DNA of 64,000 nucleotides from Octopus vulgaris (taxonomy: Eukaryota), in the NCBI GenBank assembly GCA_951406725.2, contig OX597833.1, forward strand, positions 57,970,001 through 58,034,000, in the 5' to 3' direction. The position numbers were made by a program, and so were the translations under genes. This document shows positions 39,871-54,030 of the stretch, piece by piece; position 1 is the stretch's first letter, and each line of letters opens with the position of its first letter. The notes beneath the pieces are model-generated. The model worked only from the letters and a program-made list of their open reading frames with translations, did not search any database and had not been told where the DNA came from.

Positions 39871-40504
39871 AAGATAGATTGTGTTCATAAATATACTTTC
39901 CTTATTACTTTCTTTATTGATAATACTCAACAATATTTTGAAATTCATTGTTATATATCTCACGTTTTCTGAAGTAATACCAAACACGTTTATCTACTGT
40001 TAAATTTTTAAAATCATATAAATTTAGACTACTCCTTTCTTTGAAACACAAGCTGAATGTAGCAAAAATTCTACAGGAAATATTACTGCCTTTGTTATGG
40101 ATGTGGCCCTGAAACCAACGTTGAAATGACGTCAGAGCATTCAAAGGATGACGTCATAACTAACTTTCATTTTGACATATTTTAACATCCCCAAACAGTG
40201 AAGAAGTGGCAGAAAATATTAGAATGAATCTAGAGATATACTTTTGCTTGAAAGATCCATTTGATAATCGTGACTACATATTGGGATGATGTAAAACTCG
40301 AAACTTTTGCATTATACTGAAACATCGTTGGAATATTGGAATTCTATAAGTAACAATCAAAAATTACTAATTTAAACAAAAGACACCAAGTAAATCATTG
40401 AAGATCGATAACCTAAGTTAGGACGACATTTTACTATCAGGAAACATGAAGCCAGAAATTTCAAAAAAAGATTTTAAAAGTTTTCCTCAATTTAAATGGC
40501 AATG

Positions 40505-40557
<53 letters not shown>

Positions 40558-41737
40558 GAGAGAGAGAGATGAATAGTTTTAGTTTCCTTTGCAGACTATA
40601 TTAGTTCGTGTTCATTAGTGTGCAGATCATTTCATGTGTCTGCATTTTGGCAATGTCCTATCTAAGAGTTACTGCTGTTGTGGTAGTTCTACATCAGATG
40701 TAACTTAACATCAGTGACAGGTCTTGATGATGAACTTTAATACTATTTCATATGAAAGCACTAAAGAACTGAATGGCATATTTGGCCCTTGTAAATTGTT
40801 TGCCTCTTTTCTGGGACACAAGCAAACAACTGAGGCAGCAAAGTCTTTCAACAGGGTAGCCATACGTGGAAGTGTTGTAACTTTCAGTTAAAGGGGCATA
40901 AAAGAAATCGATGTAATAAACATCACAGAAAATACATATAAACTTATCATCAGACCCTCGTTACTTCCCTGCACTTCCCATAAAAACATGTAAACATTCC
41001 ACTAACCAAACCACATTAGTTATTTATTAAAACAATTTAACTTAAAGAGGAAAATAATGCGGGAGTGCTATGATAGTAGTAGGATGTTGAATGGTCAAGT
41101 GACCTAAAAGTGATCACTTGACAATTTTAACATCCTACTACTATCTAACAACCTGCATTCTCTTATTATTCTGTCTCTTTCTTCTTCTTGTTCCTCTCCG
41201 CCACCTCCTTCCTTACTTTACTACTACTGCTGTTTAGAATAACACCTACGAAAATATTATAAACAATACATTCAAAAGAGATATCACAAGGATTCAATCA
41301 CAACTACCATCCACAACAATCCACTTACTGGGCACAACGCCATTTAACATCCTACTACTATCATAGCACACCCACATTATTTCCTCCTCCTCCTCCTTCT
41401 TCTTCTTCTTCTTCTTCTTCTTCTTCTTCTTCTTCTCCTTCTTCTTCTCCTTCTTCTTCTTCTTCTTCTTCTTCTTCTTCTTCTTCTTCTTTGCCAAGAA
41501 TTCACAATGACCGCGAACCCCCAAGAGTAAACAAGAGAGACAGAGACAGGCAGAAACACGGAAAATGTCCCTTGTATTTGAATACTATGCAAACATTCTT
41601 TTAAAGTACTTTTCATTTAATTTTTCAAAATTTAATTGTTTTCTATACTTACAGTTGAAAAAGTCTCAATGACTGAAACCAGTAATGAAATGTTTTTTTT
41701 ATATAATTATTTTAGCATTTTCTACCTTGACTTTTTT

Positions 41738-41800
<63 letters not shown>

Positions 41801-43535
41801 CATACATACATTTTATTAACCTTAGCAATTTCACATAAACACACACACACCAACAGATTCCTCTCAATGACTTCTAATATCAATGGTCAACATATTTCAC
41901 TACAGATTGACAAATGTATTTTCAAGTGCATCGATGTGTGTAAACTAGGTTACCAAACAGACATGAAACCTGATACCATTGTTCCAACATGTAGCATAAG
42001 CTCAATGCAGCATCACTTGGTTAACATTACTTACAAACACAAACAAACTATTCCAATTTGTTCTCCTCTTTCTTATAATATCTCGTTCATGTCTAACCCC
42101 CTGCCATTTTCCGAATAAATAAAGGAAATTTATTTAATTTCATATACTGAAAATATCGGAAAATTTTCATTAAAAATAAATTCGAAGATTTGAAAAGAAA
42201 TTTAATAGTGATACGGGGGTCATTCGGAGAAAGAGTGCTTGTGGCCTGGTTTTGTGGTTTGGCCCCAAGCAGACGGAAAAACACTTTGTCCTGTCTATTT
42301 TTAGAGAAATTAATGAGTTTGGAAAATACCTCTGACCCTTTTCCGGTCAAGCAAAGTTTAAGAAACGACCCATTAAAATGCGGCGAGCTGTGAGATTGTT
42401 GGTCAGTTCTGCCTGAGACAGTGAGTTGGCAATAGGTGCAGTCTGGAGAGGCTACGACAGTGTGGACAGGCGTGGTGAGAAAGACAGGCAGATAGCATTG
42501 GGGACATGTAGAGCGAAAGAGAGGGATTACGGCGAAAAGGCATGGCTATTGTAGTAGGAGTTTGTAACGGTATGTTTTGTTTATGTTTAAATTGTGAACT
42601 GTGTCGAAAAAAAGAATTGTTGAAAAGAAAAAGTATTGTGTCAAAAAGGAGATTTGTGAATTGAGGAAACGAGGAAGAAAAGAAAAAAGAACATTGTGTT
42701 AAAGAGAAAAAAAGAAAGAGAAAGACTTTAATGTTGAACTGTTTCGAACTCTATATTGCATCAAAACATTAATGTTTTGATTGTTTCCAGACGTTCTGTT
42801 TTGTGCATGCCTTTTGTTGTTTTCTTCTTTTTAATTGTTGCAGGTTATTTTCTTAAATGTATCTGATATGTTTCACGTTTTATTTCATGTTGTAATAATT
42901 GTATAAACTGTTGTTAAACGTAAAGCAAATGCCTTCCGCCGTCTCTCTCTTCTTCCTGCTGTTGTTGTTGTTGTTATCTCCGGTCGCCGGTTCGAGTTCG
43001 CTGCCATCCCCCACCACCATTTTCTCTATGGCGGATTCCGTTCGACTGAGCCTTGTCAATCGTCGTCGCTCGACTTAGTAGGGTCCCGGGTTCGGATTGA
43101 GCGACGGCAGGTTAGTAACAATAGCATTGTGTCTACAAGATGCCTGTAACAGCACTGGATTTTCCACAATTGACAATAAAAATTGAAATAAAATAAAAAT
43201 AAAAGTATACAGTTGTGTTTGATTGTTGTTTTCCTATAAATTATTCAAAGAAACAGATGTATAAGAAGAAAACAATGAAAGATGAAAAAAAATCGAAATT
43301 AGATGAATTTCTGATGAATTTGATCCCATAGGATACGTATAAGGGAAAGTGATGAGTTGTATGCAGATCTAATATTGAAGAAACAAACCTTCTAGACTCA
43401 CAAAATACTTAAACTAAAATATAAGTGTCATTATAGTGGTGGTTGGCTGCAAAATTTCAAAGTTCGACGTAACTTAATGCTTCGTGTAGTGTATGATGAA
43501 AGGTATTCAGTGGACAAGGAAGCAGTTGTAAAGAG

Positions 43536-43628
<93 letters not shown>

Positions 43629-44327
43629 TCAAAAAGCATAAAATGAATTATAAATATAATATAAGTAAGAACACTAAGGTACGTTTCATGGCTACAATTA
43701 AATTTGAATTACAATTAAGTTTAAATTCAATTGAAATAAATTCAAATTAAAATTATAGTCAATCTTCAGGTTAATGATAATAGTTAAATAAATAAGCAAA
43801 TAGAGTTAAACAATATTTATTTAAGAAATAAATAAAATAACAATTTTTCTTATAAAAAAACTCCATTATCTAAATTAGAAGCTTAAATCATTAGGATTAT
43901 TTCCTACAACACATTTATTATGTTAAATATTTATTTTTAAGGTAAAAAAATAGATAGAAATATGTATTTATCTATGAAGATATAATATAGTTTAAAAAAA
44001 ACATAATAAACTCTCGAATATCCTTAACTCAGTTATAGTCCAATATCTAATTACCAAATTATTTAAGAAAATAATCACTATTCATATTTTTAAATTTAAG
44101 TTCACATCTAATAATTATAAAATATTTAAAAATAAGTATCTATATTATAATCAACACATATAGTAATTAAAATATATAATTTACTCTATCAATAAATATA
44201 AGGACATAAAGAAAAATAAATTAATTAGTCCATTATTACTTACATAAATATTATAAATATCAATATAATATATTCATGAAATACATTTAAAAATTAAATT
44301 ATTTATGTATTGGTTTATGTCTATCAC

Positions 44328-44427
44328 NNNNNNNNNNNNNNNNNNNNNNNNNNNNNNNNNNNNNNNNNNNNNNNNNNNNNNNNNNNNNNNNNNNNNNNNN
44401 NNNNNNNNNNNNNNNNNNNNNNNNNNN
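44328..44427. other. Assembly gap (100 N)
   Basis: Run of exactly 100 N. Confidence 1.
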
Positions 44428-47400
44428 ATATTTTATTCCTTTACCATGTGAATTTAAAAACAAATGAATTTTTCTCGTAAGTTTGGAGTTATACTCCCTA
44501 ATATTCACTATATTATTAATCCTAATAAATAAAGGCAATTAATTTTAATTATAATTAATATTTTACCAATTATTACCCCTTTGATGAAAAAAGATCTTGG
44601 TCAAGCGATGTTCCTACACACAATACGTTTTCTACATGTCAGCTTATGTCTACCAAATCCACCAAAGGTTTCCATAGTGCAATACATGCCGCTAATGCCA
44701 CGCATGCTGAACCCCATAAACAAGCACTTACAACACAGCCTACTGTGCCTAACCACCATAAACACAGGTTTATGCTTAGTATAGAAAATAAAATTTAAAA
44801 TTAATGATTTTGTAGCTCCCTGTGTTCGCATCTATATAATTATTGGTGTGATTTATCCAGTGTAAAAATACATACATAAAACATAAATGATATATATACC
44901 TTATAAAATATAATAATTTACTTGATGGTGGCAAATAAATCATGGCCGTTGCCAGCCTTGCCTGGCACCTGTGCCGGTGGCAAGTAAAGGACCAACAGAT
45001 CGTGGCCGTTGCTAGCCTCCCCTGGTAACCTGTGCCGGTGGCACGTAAAAAGCATCACTACACTCACAGAGTGGTTGGCGTTAGGAAGGGCATCCAGCCA
45101 TAGAAACATTGCCAGACAGCTGGCCTGGCGCAGCCTTCTGGCTTCCCAGACCCCAGTTGACCGTCCAACCCATGCTAGCATGGAAAGTGGATGTTAAATG
45201 ATGGTGATGATGATGATGATGATGATGATATATATATACATACATATATATGTATATCTACATTTATACATATATATATATATATATACATATATACATA
45301 TATGTGTGTGTCTGTGTGTGTGTGTGTGTGTGTGTAAACTCTTTTACTATTTTACTTGTTTCAGTCATTTGACTGTGGCCATGCTGGAGCACTGCCTTTA
45401 GTCAAGCAAATCGACCCCATGACTTATTCTTTGTAATTCCTAGTACTTATTCTATCTGTCTCTTTTGCTGAATTGCAAGTTATGGGGACATAAACACACC
45501 AGCATCGGTTGTCAGCTGATGTTGGGGGGACAAACACAGACACACACACACACACACACACACATATAAATATTATTATTAAAGAGTATACGATGGGCTT
45601 CTTTCAAGTTTCCATCTACCAAATCCACTCACAAAAAAGGGTTTGGTCGGCATTGAAGGCTAGTAGAAAGATATCTCAGCCTGCAGCCAATGCAGTGGGG
45701 ACAACTCGGAACCATGGGGTTTGTAACCAAGGCAACACAAAGCCACTCCTACGCCTATTTAAATGTGTTTGTAGGTATTTAAATAAACGTATCCGGGTTA
45801 CTCATTTATAAATGACATTGGATCTTTTCGGTTTGAATGGCAGTTTTTAAAAATAATTTCCACGTAGGAGTGGCTGTGTGGTAAGTAGCTTGGTTTACCA
45901 ACCATGTTTTGGGTTCAGTCCCACTGTGTGGCACCTTGGGCAAGTGTCTTCTACTATAGCCTCGTGGCCAACCAAAGCCTTGGGAGTAGATTTGGTAGAC
46001 AGAAACTGAAAGAAGCCTGTCGTATATATGTATATATATATATGTGTGTGTGTGTTTGTGTGTCTGTGTTTGTCCTAGCATTGCTTGACAACCGATGCTG
46101 GTGTGTTTACGTCCACATAACTTAGCGGTTTGACCAAAGAGACCTATAGAAAATTTTCAAAAGTAATTGTTGTGGATTAAATGTTCGCATGGCCGAGTCA
46201 AATGACTGCTGTTTGAGTAAAAGAGATGCGAGTGTCTAAAATTTTGATATTGTGTTTGGTAGAATGTGTTTATAATTTTTTCTCAGAATTGGTTTTCTGA
46301 GAAAATGAGTGTTTGTAAGAACATTTGTCTGTTTTCCAATTTCTGCATTTAGCAACAACAATGATAAAATCTATTGAGCTTCAGTGGCCTTGTAAGAAAC
46401 AGGCATTGCCGAACACATTTGAAAGATACCCTTTTCATTAACCTCTATACTAAAAAGAGATTGAAACAATAGAGATACTTACACAAAATACAGATTATTG
46501 GCCCATACTCTTGGAAAATTTTTGAAAATATCTCAGATATTTGTGATATTCTTGCAAAATTTTACTTGTCCGAATATGGGAGTCGAGGTGAAAAATTATC
46601 ACCGTAAAATTTTCTGAAACATGTCTCCTCATTTAAGAACAGATTGGGTTAAAATGCCATAACCTAAACCTAACCCTAACCAACCCAACCCCTAACCCTA
46701 ACTCTAACCCTAAAACAGATTGAAGTGCAATAGATCGATACTCAGGGTCATAATTATGGGTGGACACTAAAAAGGGAACGGTTTTGTTATCCAGCTCTGT
46801 ATTACGACTGACCCCACTCAGATCTTTTCGGTTTGAACGGCAGTTTTTTAAAATAATTTCTATGTAACTAAAAAATTTTAAACTTCGTATACTGTATACA
46901 TGTTTTTCTCTACTGGTAGAATGTGTTTATAAAACATGTTTTTCTCTTGGCTTTCTTGAGAAAATTCTATAGTTTGTAAGATATTTGGTCTTTAATTTCT
47001 TGCATTTCGGCAATTTCAACCAATCAATGATGTCTATTGAGGTGAAAACGATTTCTGCCGTAACATTTTATGGCGGCGTCAAATGAAAATGTCCCTGTTT
47101 TTTTTATGAGAAAAAAGATACCCTTTGGCCATAAACTGAGGGGTCAGTCGTAAACAGAGCTGGATAACAAAACCGTTCCCTCTTTAGTGTCCACCCATAA
47201 TTATGACCCTAGTATCGATCTATTGCACTTCAATCTGTTTTAGGGTTAGGGTTAGGGTTAGGGGTTGGGTTGGGTTAGGGTTAGGGTTTAGGTTAGGGTT
47301 AGGTGTGGGGGGAAGGGTATCTTTTTTACTTCAGAAATGTAAATTAACCCAATCTGTTTCTTAAACGAGGGACATTTTCGTATTTCAACGCCAGAAAATT

Positions 47401-49930
47401 TTACGGCAGATAATGTTTTCACCTCATTAGACGTCATTGATTGGTTGAAATTGCCAAAATTGAAGAAAATATCTTACAAATATCTTACAAACTACAGAAT
47501 TTTTTCAAGAAAGCCAAGAGAAAAAGATGGGATGTTTTCGGTTTGAACGGCAGTTTTTTCTAGCATGTCATATGAAATTGTCACCCGTAATTATGACCTT
47601 AGTATCGATCTATTGCATTTCAATCTCTTTTTAGGGTTAGGGTTAGGGGTGGGGAAAGGGTATCTTTTTTCTTCACAAATGTAAATAAACCCAATCTGTT
47701 TCTTAAACAAGGGACATATTCATACCGCACAGAATGTTTTCAGCTCAATAGACATCATTGATTGGTTGAAATTGCAGAAATTGAAGGAAAAAAACAACAA
47801 ATATCTTACAAACTATAGAATTTTCTCAAGAAAGCCAAGAGAAAAAGATGTTTTATAAACACATTCTACCAGAATACGAAGTTTAAAAGTGTTTAGTTAC
47901 TCTCTCTCTCTTTTACTCTTTTACTTGTTTCAGTCATTTGACTGCGGCCATGCTGGAACACCGCCTTTAATCGAGCAATTCGACCCCGGGACTTATTCTT
48001 TTGTAAGCCCAGTACTTATTCTATAGGTCTCTTTTGTCAAACCGCTAAGTTATGTGGACGTAAACACACCAGCATCGGTTGTCAAGCAATGCTAGGGGGA
48101 CAAACACAGACACACAAACACACACACACATATATATATATACATATATACGACAGGCTTCTTTCAGTTTCTGTCTACCAAATCTACTCCCAAGGCTTTG
48201 GTTGGCCCGAGGCTATAGTAGAAGACACTTGCCCAAGGTGCCACACAGTGGGACTGAACCCAAAACCATGTGGTTGGTAAACAAGCTACTTACCACACAG
48301 CCACTCCTACGTGGAAATTATTTTTAAAAACTGCCATTCAAACCGAAAAGATCCAATGTCATTTATAAATGAGTAACCCGGATACGTTTATTTAAATACC
48401 TACAAACACATTTAAATAGGCGTAGGAGTGGCTTTGTGTTAAGTACCTTGGTTACAAACCCCATGGTTCCGAGTTTAGTCCCACTGCGTGGCACCTTGGG
48501 CAAGTGTCTTCTACTACAGCCTCTATTGCCGACCAAACCCTTGTGAGTGGATTTGGTAGATGGAAACTGAAAGAAGCCCATCGTATATATGTATATTTAT
48601 ATGTGTGTGTGTGTGTGTGTGTCTGTGTCTGTGTTTGTCCCCCCCCCAACATCGCTTGACAACCGATGCTGGTGTGTTTATGTCCCCATAACTTTGCAAT
48701 TCAGCAAAAGAGACAGATAGAATAAGTACTAGGCTTACAAAGAATAAGTCATGGGGTCGATTTGCTTGACTAAAGGCAGTGCTCCAGCATGGCCACAGTC
48801 AAATGACTGAAACAAGTAAAATAGTAAAAGAGTTTACACACACACGCACACCACACACACAGACACACACATATATGTATATATGTATGTATATATATAT
48901 ATATGTATAAATGTAGATATACATATATATGTATGTATATATATATCATCATCATCATCATCATCATCATCATTTAACATCCACTTTCCATGCTAGCATG
49001 GGTTGGACGGTTCAACTGGGGTCTGGGAAGCCAGAAGGCTGCGCCAGACCCAGCCTGATCTGGCAATGTTTCTACGGCTGGATGCCCTTCCTAACGCCAA
49101 CCACTCTGTGAGTGTAGTGAGTGCTTTTTACGTGCCACCGGCACAGGTGCCAGGGGAGGCTAGCAACGGCCACGATCTGTTGGTCCTTTTACTTGCCACC
49201 GGCACAGGTGCCAGGCAAGGCTGGCAACGGCCATGATCGGTTGGTGCATTTTACATGCCACCGGCACGGAAGCCAGTCAAGGCAGCGCTGGCATCGGCCA
49301 CATTCGGATGGTGCTTTTTACGTGCCACCGGCACAGGTATCACAACTACAATTTCCATTGATTTTGATGTTGATGTATTTGACTAATCACACTGGATAAA
49401 TCCCACCAATAGAATTATATAAACAGAAGCGATCAGGCACAGGGAGCGGGGCTAAAAAGTCATTAATTTTCAAATTTTTATTTTTTATAAAGCATAAATG
49501 TGTTTATGGTGAAAGATATAGGCGCAGGAGTGGCTGTGTTGTAAGTAGCTTGTTTACCAACCACATGGTTCCGGGTTCAGTCCCACTGCGTGGCACCTTG
49601 GGCAAGTGTCTTCTACTATAGCCTCGGGCCGACCAAAGCCTTGTGAGTGGATTTGGTAGACGGAAACTGAAAGAAGCCCGTCGTATACATGTATATATAA
49701 ATGTATGTGTGTGTATGTGTTTGTCCTCCCAACATCGCTTGACAACAAATGCTGGTGCGTTTACATCCCCGTAACTTAGCGGTTCGTAACTAATTGGTAA
49801 AATCATTAATTATTAATTAATTAATTAATTTTACCCTTTATTATTATTGATTATATATATATATAATAATATTAGGGAGTATAACTCCAAACTTACAGGG
49901 AAAAATTCAGTTTAGTATTAAATTAAATTT
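44428..49930. repeat. Second inverted repeat: noisy arm 44428-46821 vs clean arm 47136-49930
   Basis: 46745-46821 is the reverse complement of 47136-47210 and 45750-45900 of 48280-48430; the left arm is full of small indels. Confidence 0.85.
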
Positions 49931-50670
49931 CACAGTATAGAGATATAAAATATGAATTAGAGATAAAACCACTATTATGCAACTCAAACAGTGATAGACA
50001 TAAACCAATACATAAATAATTTAATTTTTAAATGTATTTCATGAATATATTATATTGATATTTATAATATTTATGTAAGTAATAATGGACTAATTAATTC
50101 ATTTATTTTTCATTACATGTCTTTGTATTTATTGATAGAGTAAATTTTAGATTTTAATTACTATATTTGTTGATTATAATTTAGATACTTATTTTTAAAT
50201 ATTTTATAATTATTAGATGTGAACTTAAATTTAAAAATATGAATAGTGATTATTTTGTTAAATAATTTGGTAATTAATTATTGGACTATAACTGAGTAAA
50301 GGATATTCGAGAGTTTATTATGTTTTTTCTAAAGCTATATTATATCTTCATAGATAAATACATATTTTTATCTATACCTTAAAAATAAATATTTAACATA
50401 ATAAATATGTTGTAGGAAATAATCCTAATGATTTAAGTTTCTAATTTAGATAATGGAGTTTTTTCTATAAGAGAAATTATTATTTTATTTATTTCTTAAA
50501 TAGATATTGTTTAACTCTATTTAACCTGAAGATTGACTATAATTTTAATTTGAATTTATTTCAATTGAATTTAAACTTAATTGTAATTCGAATTTAGTTA
50601 TAGCCATGAAACGTACCTTAGTGTTCTTACTTATATTATATTTATAATTTATTTAATACTTTTTGAAATA
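47232..50670 (+). repeat. Direct paralog of ~6075-10236 lacking the RTE insertion
   Basis: Same nested-MITE/SINE junction (6740 vs 47900), same GGTTCGTAACTAATTGGTAAAATC junction (7185 vs 49781), same AT-rich element. Confidence 0.8.
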
Positions 50671-51145
50671 TATATACATATATATATATATAAATACATA
50701 TTATATTAATTATATATATTATTTGTTATTTGTGTATTGGTTTACATCCATCACTGTTTGAGTTACATAATAGTGGTTTTATAAGAGATTCATATTTTAT
50801 GTATATATATGTGTGTGTGTGTGTATAATATATATATATATCTTTTTCTCTTTTCTCTTTTACTTGTTTCAGTCATTTGACTGCGGCCATGCTGGAGCAC
50901 CGCCTTTAATCGAGCAACTTGACCCCAGGACTTATTCTTTTGTAAGCCCAGTACTTATTCTATCGGTCTCTTTCGCCGAACCGCTAAGTAACGGGGACAT
51001 AAACACACCAGCATCGGTTGTCAAGCAATGCTAGGGGACAAACACACACACGCATATATATATATATACATATATACGACGGGCTTCTTTCAGTTTCCGT
51101 CTACCAAATCCACTCACAAGGCTTTAGTCGGCCCGAGGCTATAGT

Positions 51146-51219
<74 letters not shown>

Positions 51220-51585
51220 GGGGATTACATGTGGGTGTTCCTTTTTTTGTGTCTGTGTGGTTATCTGTGTGGCTGTGTAAACGGATATCTTTAACAACGG
51301 TGGGGTGGTAACGTATGAGTAAGGTATTTGCTTTTTGTTGACTGTTCGTTAACGGTGGCAATAATTATAGTCCTGGCGTTGTTGCTGTTGTTGCTGTTGC
51401 TGTTGCTATTGCTTACTAATACCTGCTGAAAGCACATGTATGCACATGTTTGTATGCGTAAACACATGTAACAAATACAAGCAAATATGTGTGTATGTGT
51501 GTATGTGTGTATGTGTGTATGTGTGTATGTGTGTATGTGTGTGTGTGTGTATGTGTGTGTGTATAACGGTGTGCTTTGATGGACA

Positions 51586-51627
<42 letters not shown>

Positions 51628-51674
51628 TGTGTGTGTGTGTGTGTGTGTACGTATGTAAGTATGTATGTATGTGT

Positions 51675-54030
51675 GTGTGCCGGTGGCACATAAAAAGCAC
51701 CATCCGATTGTGACCGATGCCAACCCCGCCTCGAATGGCTTCTGTGCCGGTGACGCATAAAAAGCACCATCCAAACGAGTGCAGCCTCCACTGGCTTCTG
51801 TGCCGGTGGCACATAAAAAGCACTATTCGATCGTGACCGATGCCAACCCCGCCTCGAATGGCTTCTGTGCCGGTGGCACATAAAAAACACCATCCGAACG
51901 TGACTGATGCCAACGCCGCCTCGAATGGCTTCTGTGCCGGTGGCACATAAAAAGCACCATCCGAGCGTGGCCGATGCCAACCCCGCCTCGAATGGCTTCT
52001 GTGCCGGTGGCACATGAACATCGAACCAAATATCAATGGAAACAGTAGTTGTGATACCTGTGCCGGTGACGCATAAAAAGCACCATCCAAACGAGTGCAG
52101 CCTCCACTGGCTTCTGTGCCGGTGGCACATAAAAAGCACTATTCGATCGTGGCCAATGCCAGCACCACCTCGACTGGCTTCTGTGCCGGTGGCACATAAA
52201 AAGCACCATCCGAACGTGACCGATGCCAGCACCACCCCGACTGGCTTCTGTGCCGGTGGCACATAAAAAGCACCATCCGAGCGTGGCCGATGCCAGCACC
52301 ACCTCGACTGGCTTCTGTGCCGGTGGCACATAAAAAGCACCATCCGAACGTGACTGATGCCAACCCCGCCTCGAATGGCTTCTGTGCCGGTGGCACATAA
52401 AAAGCACCATCCGAACGTGACCGATGCCAACCCCGCCTCGAATGGCTTCTGTGCCGGTGGCACATAAAAAGCACCATCCGAACGTGGCCAATGCCAGCAC
52501 CGCCCCGACTGGCTTCTGTGCCGGTGGCACATAAAAAGCACCATCCGAACGTGACCGATGCCAACCACGCCTCGAATGGCTTCTGTGCCGGTGGCACATA
52601 AAAAGCACCATCCGAACGTGACCGATGCCAACCCGCCTCGAATGGCTTCTGTGCCGGTGGCACATAAAAAGCACCATCCGAACGTGACTGATGCCAACCC
52701 CGCCTCGAATGGCTTCTGTGCCGGTGGCACATAAAAAGCACCATCCGAACGTGACCGATGCCAACCCCGCCTCGAATGGCTTCTGTGCCGGTGGCACATA
52801 AAAAGCACCATCCGAACGTGACCGATGCCAACCCGCCTCGAATGGCTTCTGTGCCGGTGACGCATAAAAGCACCATCCAAACGAGTGCAGCCTCCACTGG
52901 CTTCTGTGCCGGTGGCACATAAAAAGCACTATTCGATCGTGACCGATGCCAACCCCGCCTCGAATGGCTTCTGTGCCGGTGGCACATAAAAAACACCATC
53001 CGAACGTGACTGATGCCAACGCCGCCTCGAATGGCTTCTGTGCCGGTGGCACATAAAAAGCACCATCCGAACGTGACAGATGCCAACCCCGCCTCGAATG
53101 GCTTCTGTGCCGGTGGCACATAAAAAACACCATCCGAACGTGACTGATGCCAACGCCGCCTCGAATGGCTTCTGTGCCGGTGGCACATGAACATCGAACC
53201 AAATATCAATGGAAACAGTAGTTGTGATACCTGTGCCGGTGACGCATAAAAAGCACCATCCAAACGAGTGCAGCCTCCACGGGCTTCTGTGCCGGTGGCA
53301 CATAAAAAGCACTATTCGATCGTGACCGATGCCAACCCCGCCTCGAATGGCTTCTGTGCCGGTGGCACATAAAAAGCACCATCCGAACGTGGCCAATGCC
53401 AGCACCGCCCCGACTGGCTTCTGTGCTGGTGGCACATAAAAAGCACCATCCGAGCGTGGCCGATGCCAGCACCACCTCGACTGGCTTCTGTGCCGGTGGC
53501 ACATAAAAAGCACCATCCGAACGTGACTGATGCCAACCCCGCCTCGAATGGCTTCTGTGCCGGTGGCACATAAAAAGCACCATCTGAAAGTGGCCGATGC
53601 CAGCACCGCCTCAACTGGCTTCTGTGCTGGTGGCACATAAAAAGCACCAACCGATCATGGGATCCCGGAACATCTTGCTGTGCTTGAGGAGACCTGTTAA
53701 GTCAAGTGCATGTACATGAATATCGAACCAAATATCAATGGAAACAGTAGTTGTGATACCTGTTCCGGTGACACATAAAAAGCACCATCCGAACGTGGCC
53801 GTTGCCAGTGCAGCCTCCACTGGCTTCTGTGCCGATGGCACATAAAAAGCACCATCCGAACGTGACCGATGCCAACCCTGCCTCGAATGGCTTCTGTGCC
53901 AGTGGCACATAAAAAGCACCATCCGAACGTGGCCGATGCCAGCACCGCCTTGACTGGCTTCTGTGCCGGTGGCACATAAAAAGCACCAACCGATCGTGGC
54001 CGATGCCAGACCCCTCTGGCACCTGTGCAG
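51675..54030 (+). repeat. ~67-bp tandem array derived from a SINE-internal repeat
   Basis: Unit GGCTTCTGTGCCGGTGGCACATAAAAAGCACCATCCGAACGTGACCGATGCCAACCCCGCCTCGAAT, roughly 33-35 copies, running into the SINE tail at 54030-54215. Confidence 0.9.

Larger units (their letters stand above)
9536..44327. repeat. Giant inverted repeat: arms 9536-26742 and 27204-44327, ~460-bp spacer
   Basis: ORFs and repeats of the left arm recur in reverse complement (14029-15525 vs 38380-39870; 21052-22452 vs 31432-32831; Tc1 15900 vs 36761); the right arm ends at the N gap. Confidence 0.95.

Noticed and set aside
47239-47303. Telomere or chromosome-fusion site
   Set aside because: Short degenerate TTAGGG tract internal to a MITE that is present in many copies.
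51675-54030. CRISPR-like repeat/spacer appearance and 200-530 aa ORFs
   Set aside because: The 'spacers' are a few recurring related types, there are no cas genes, the context is a eukaryotic SINE, and ORFs are open in several frames because of the repeat.
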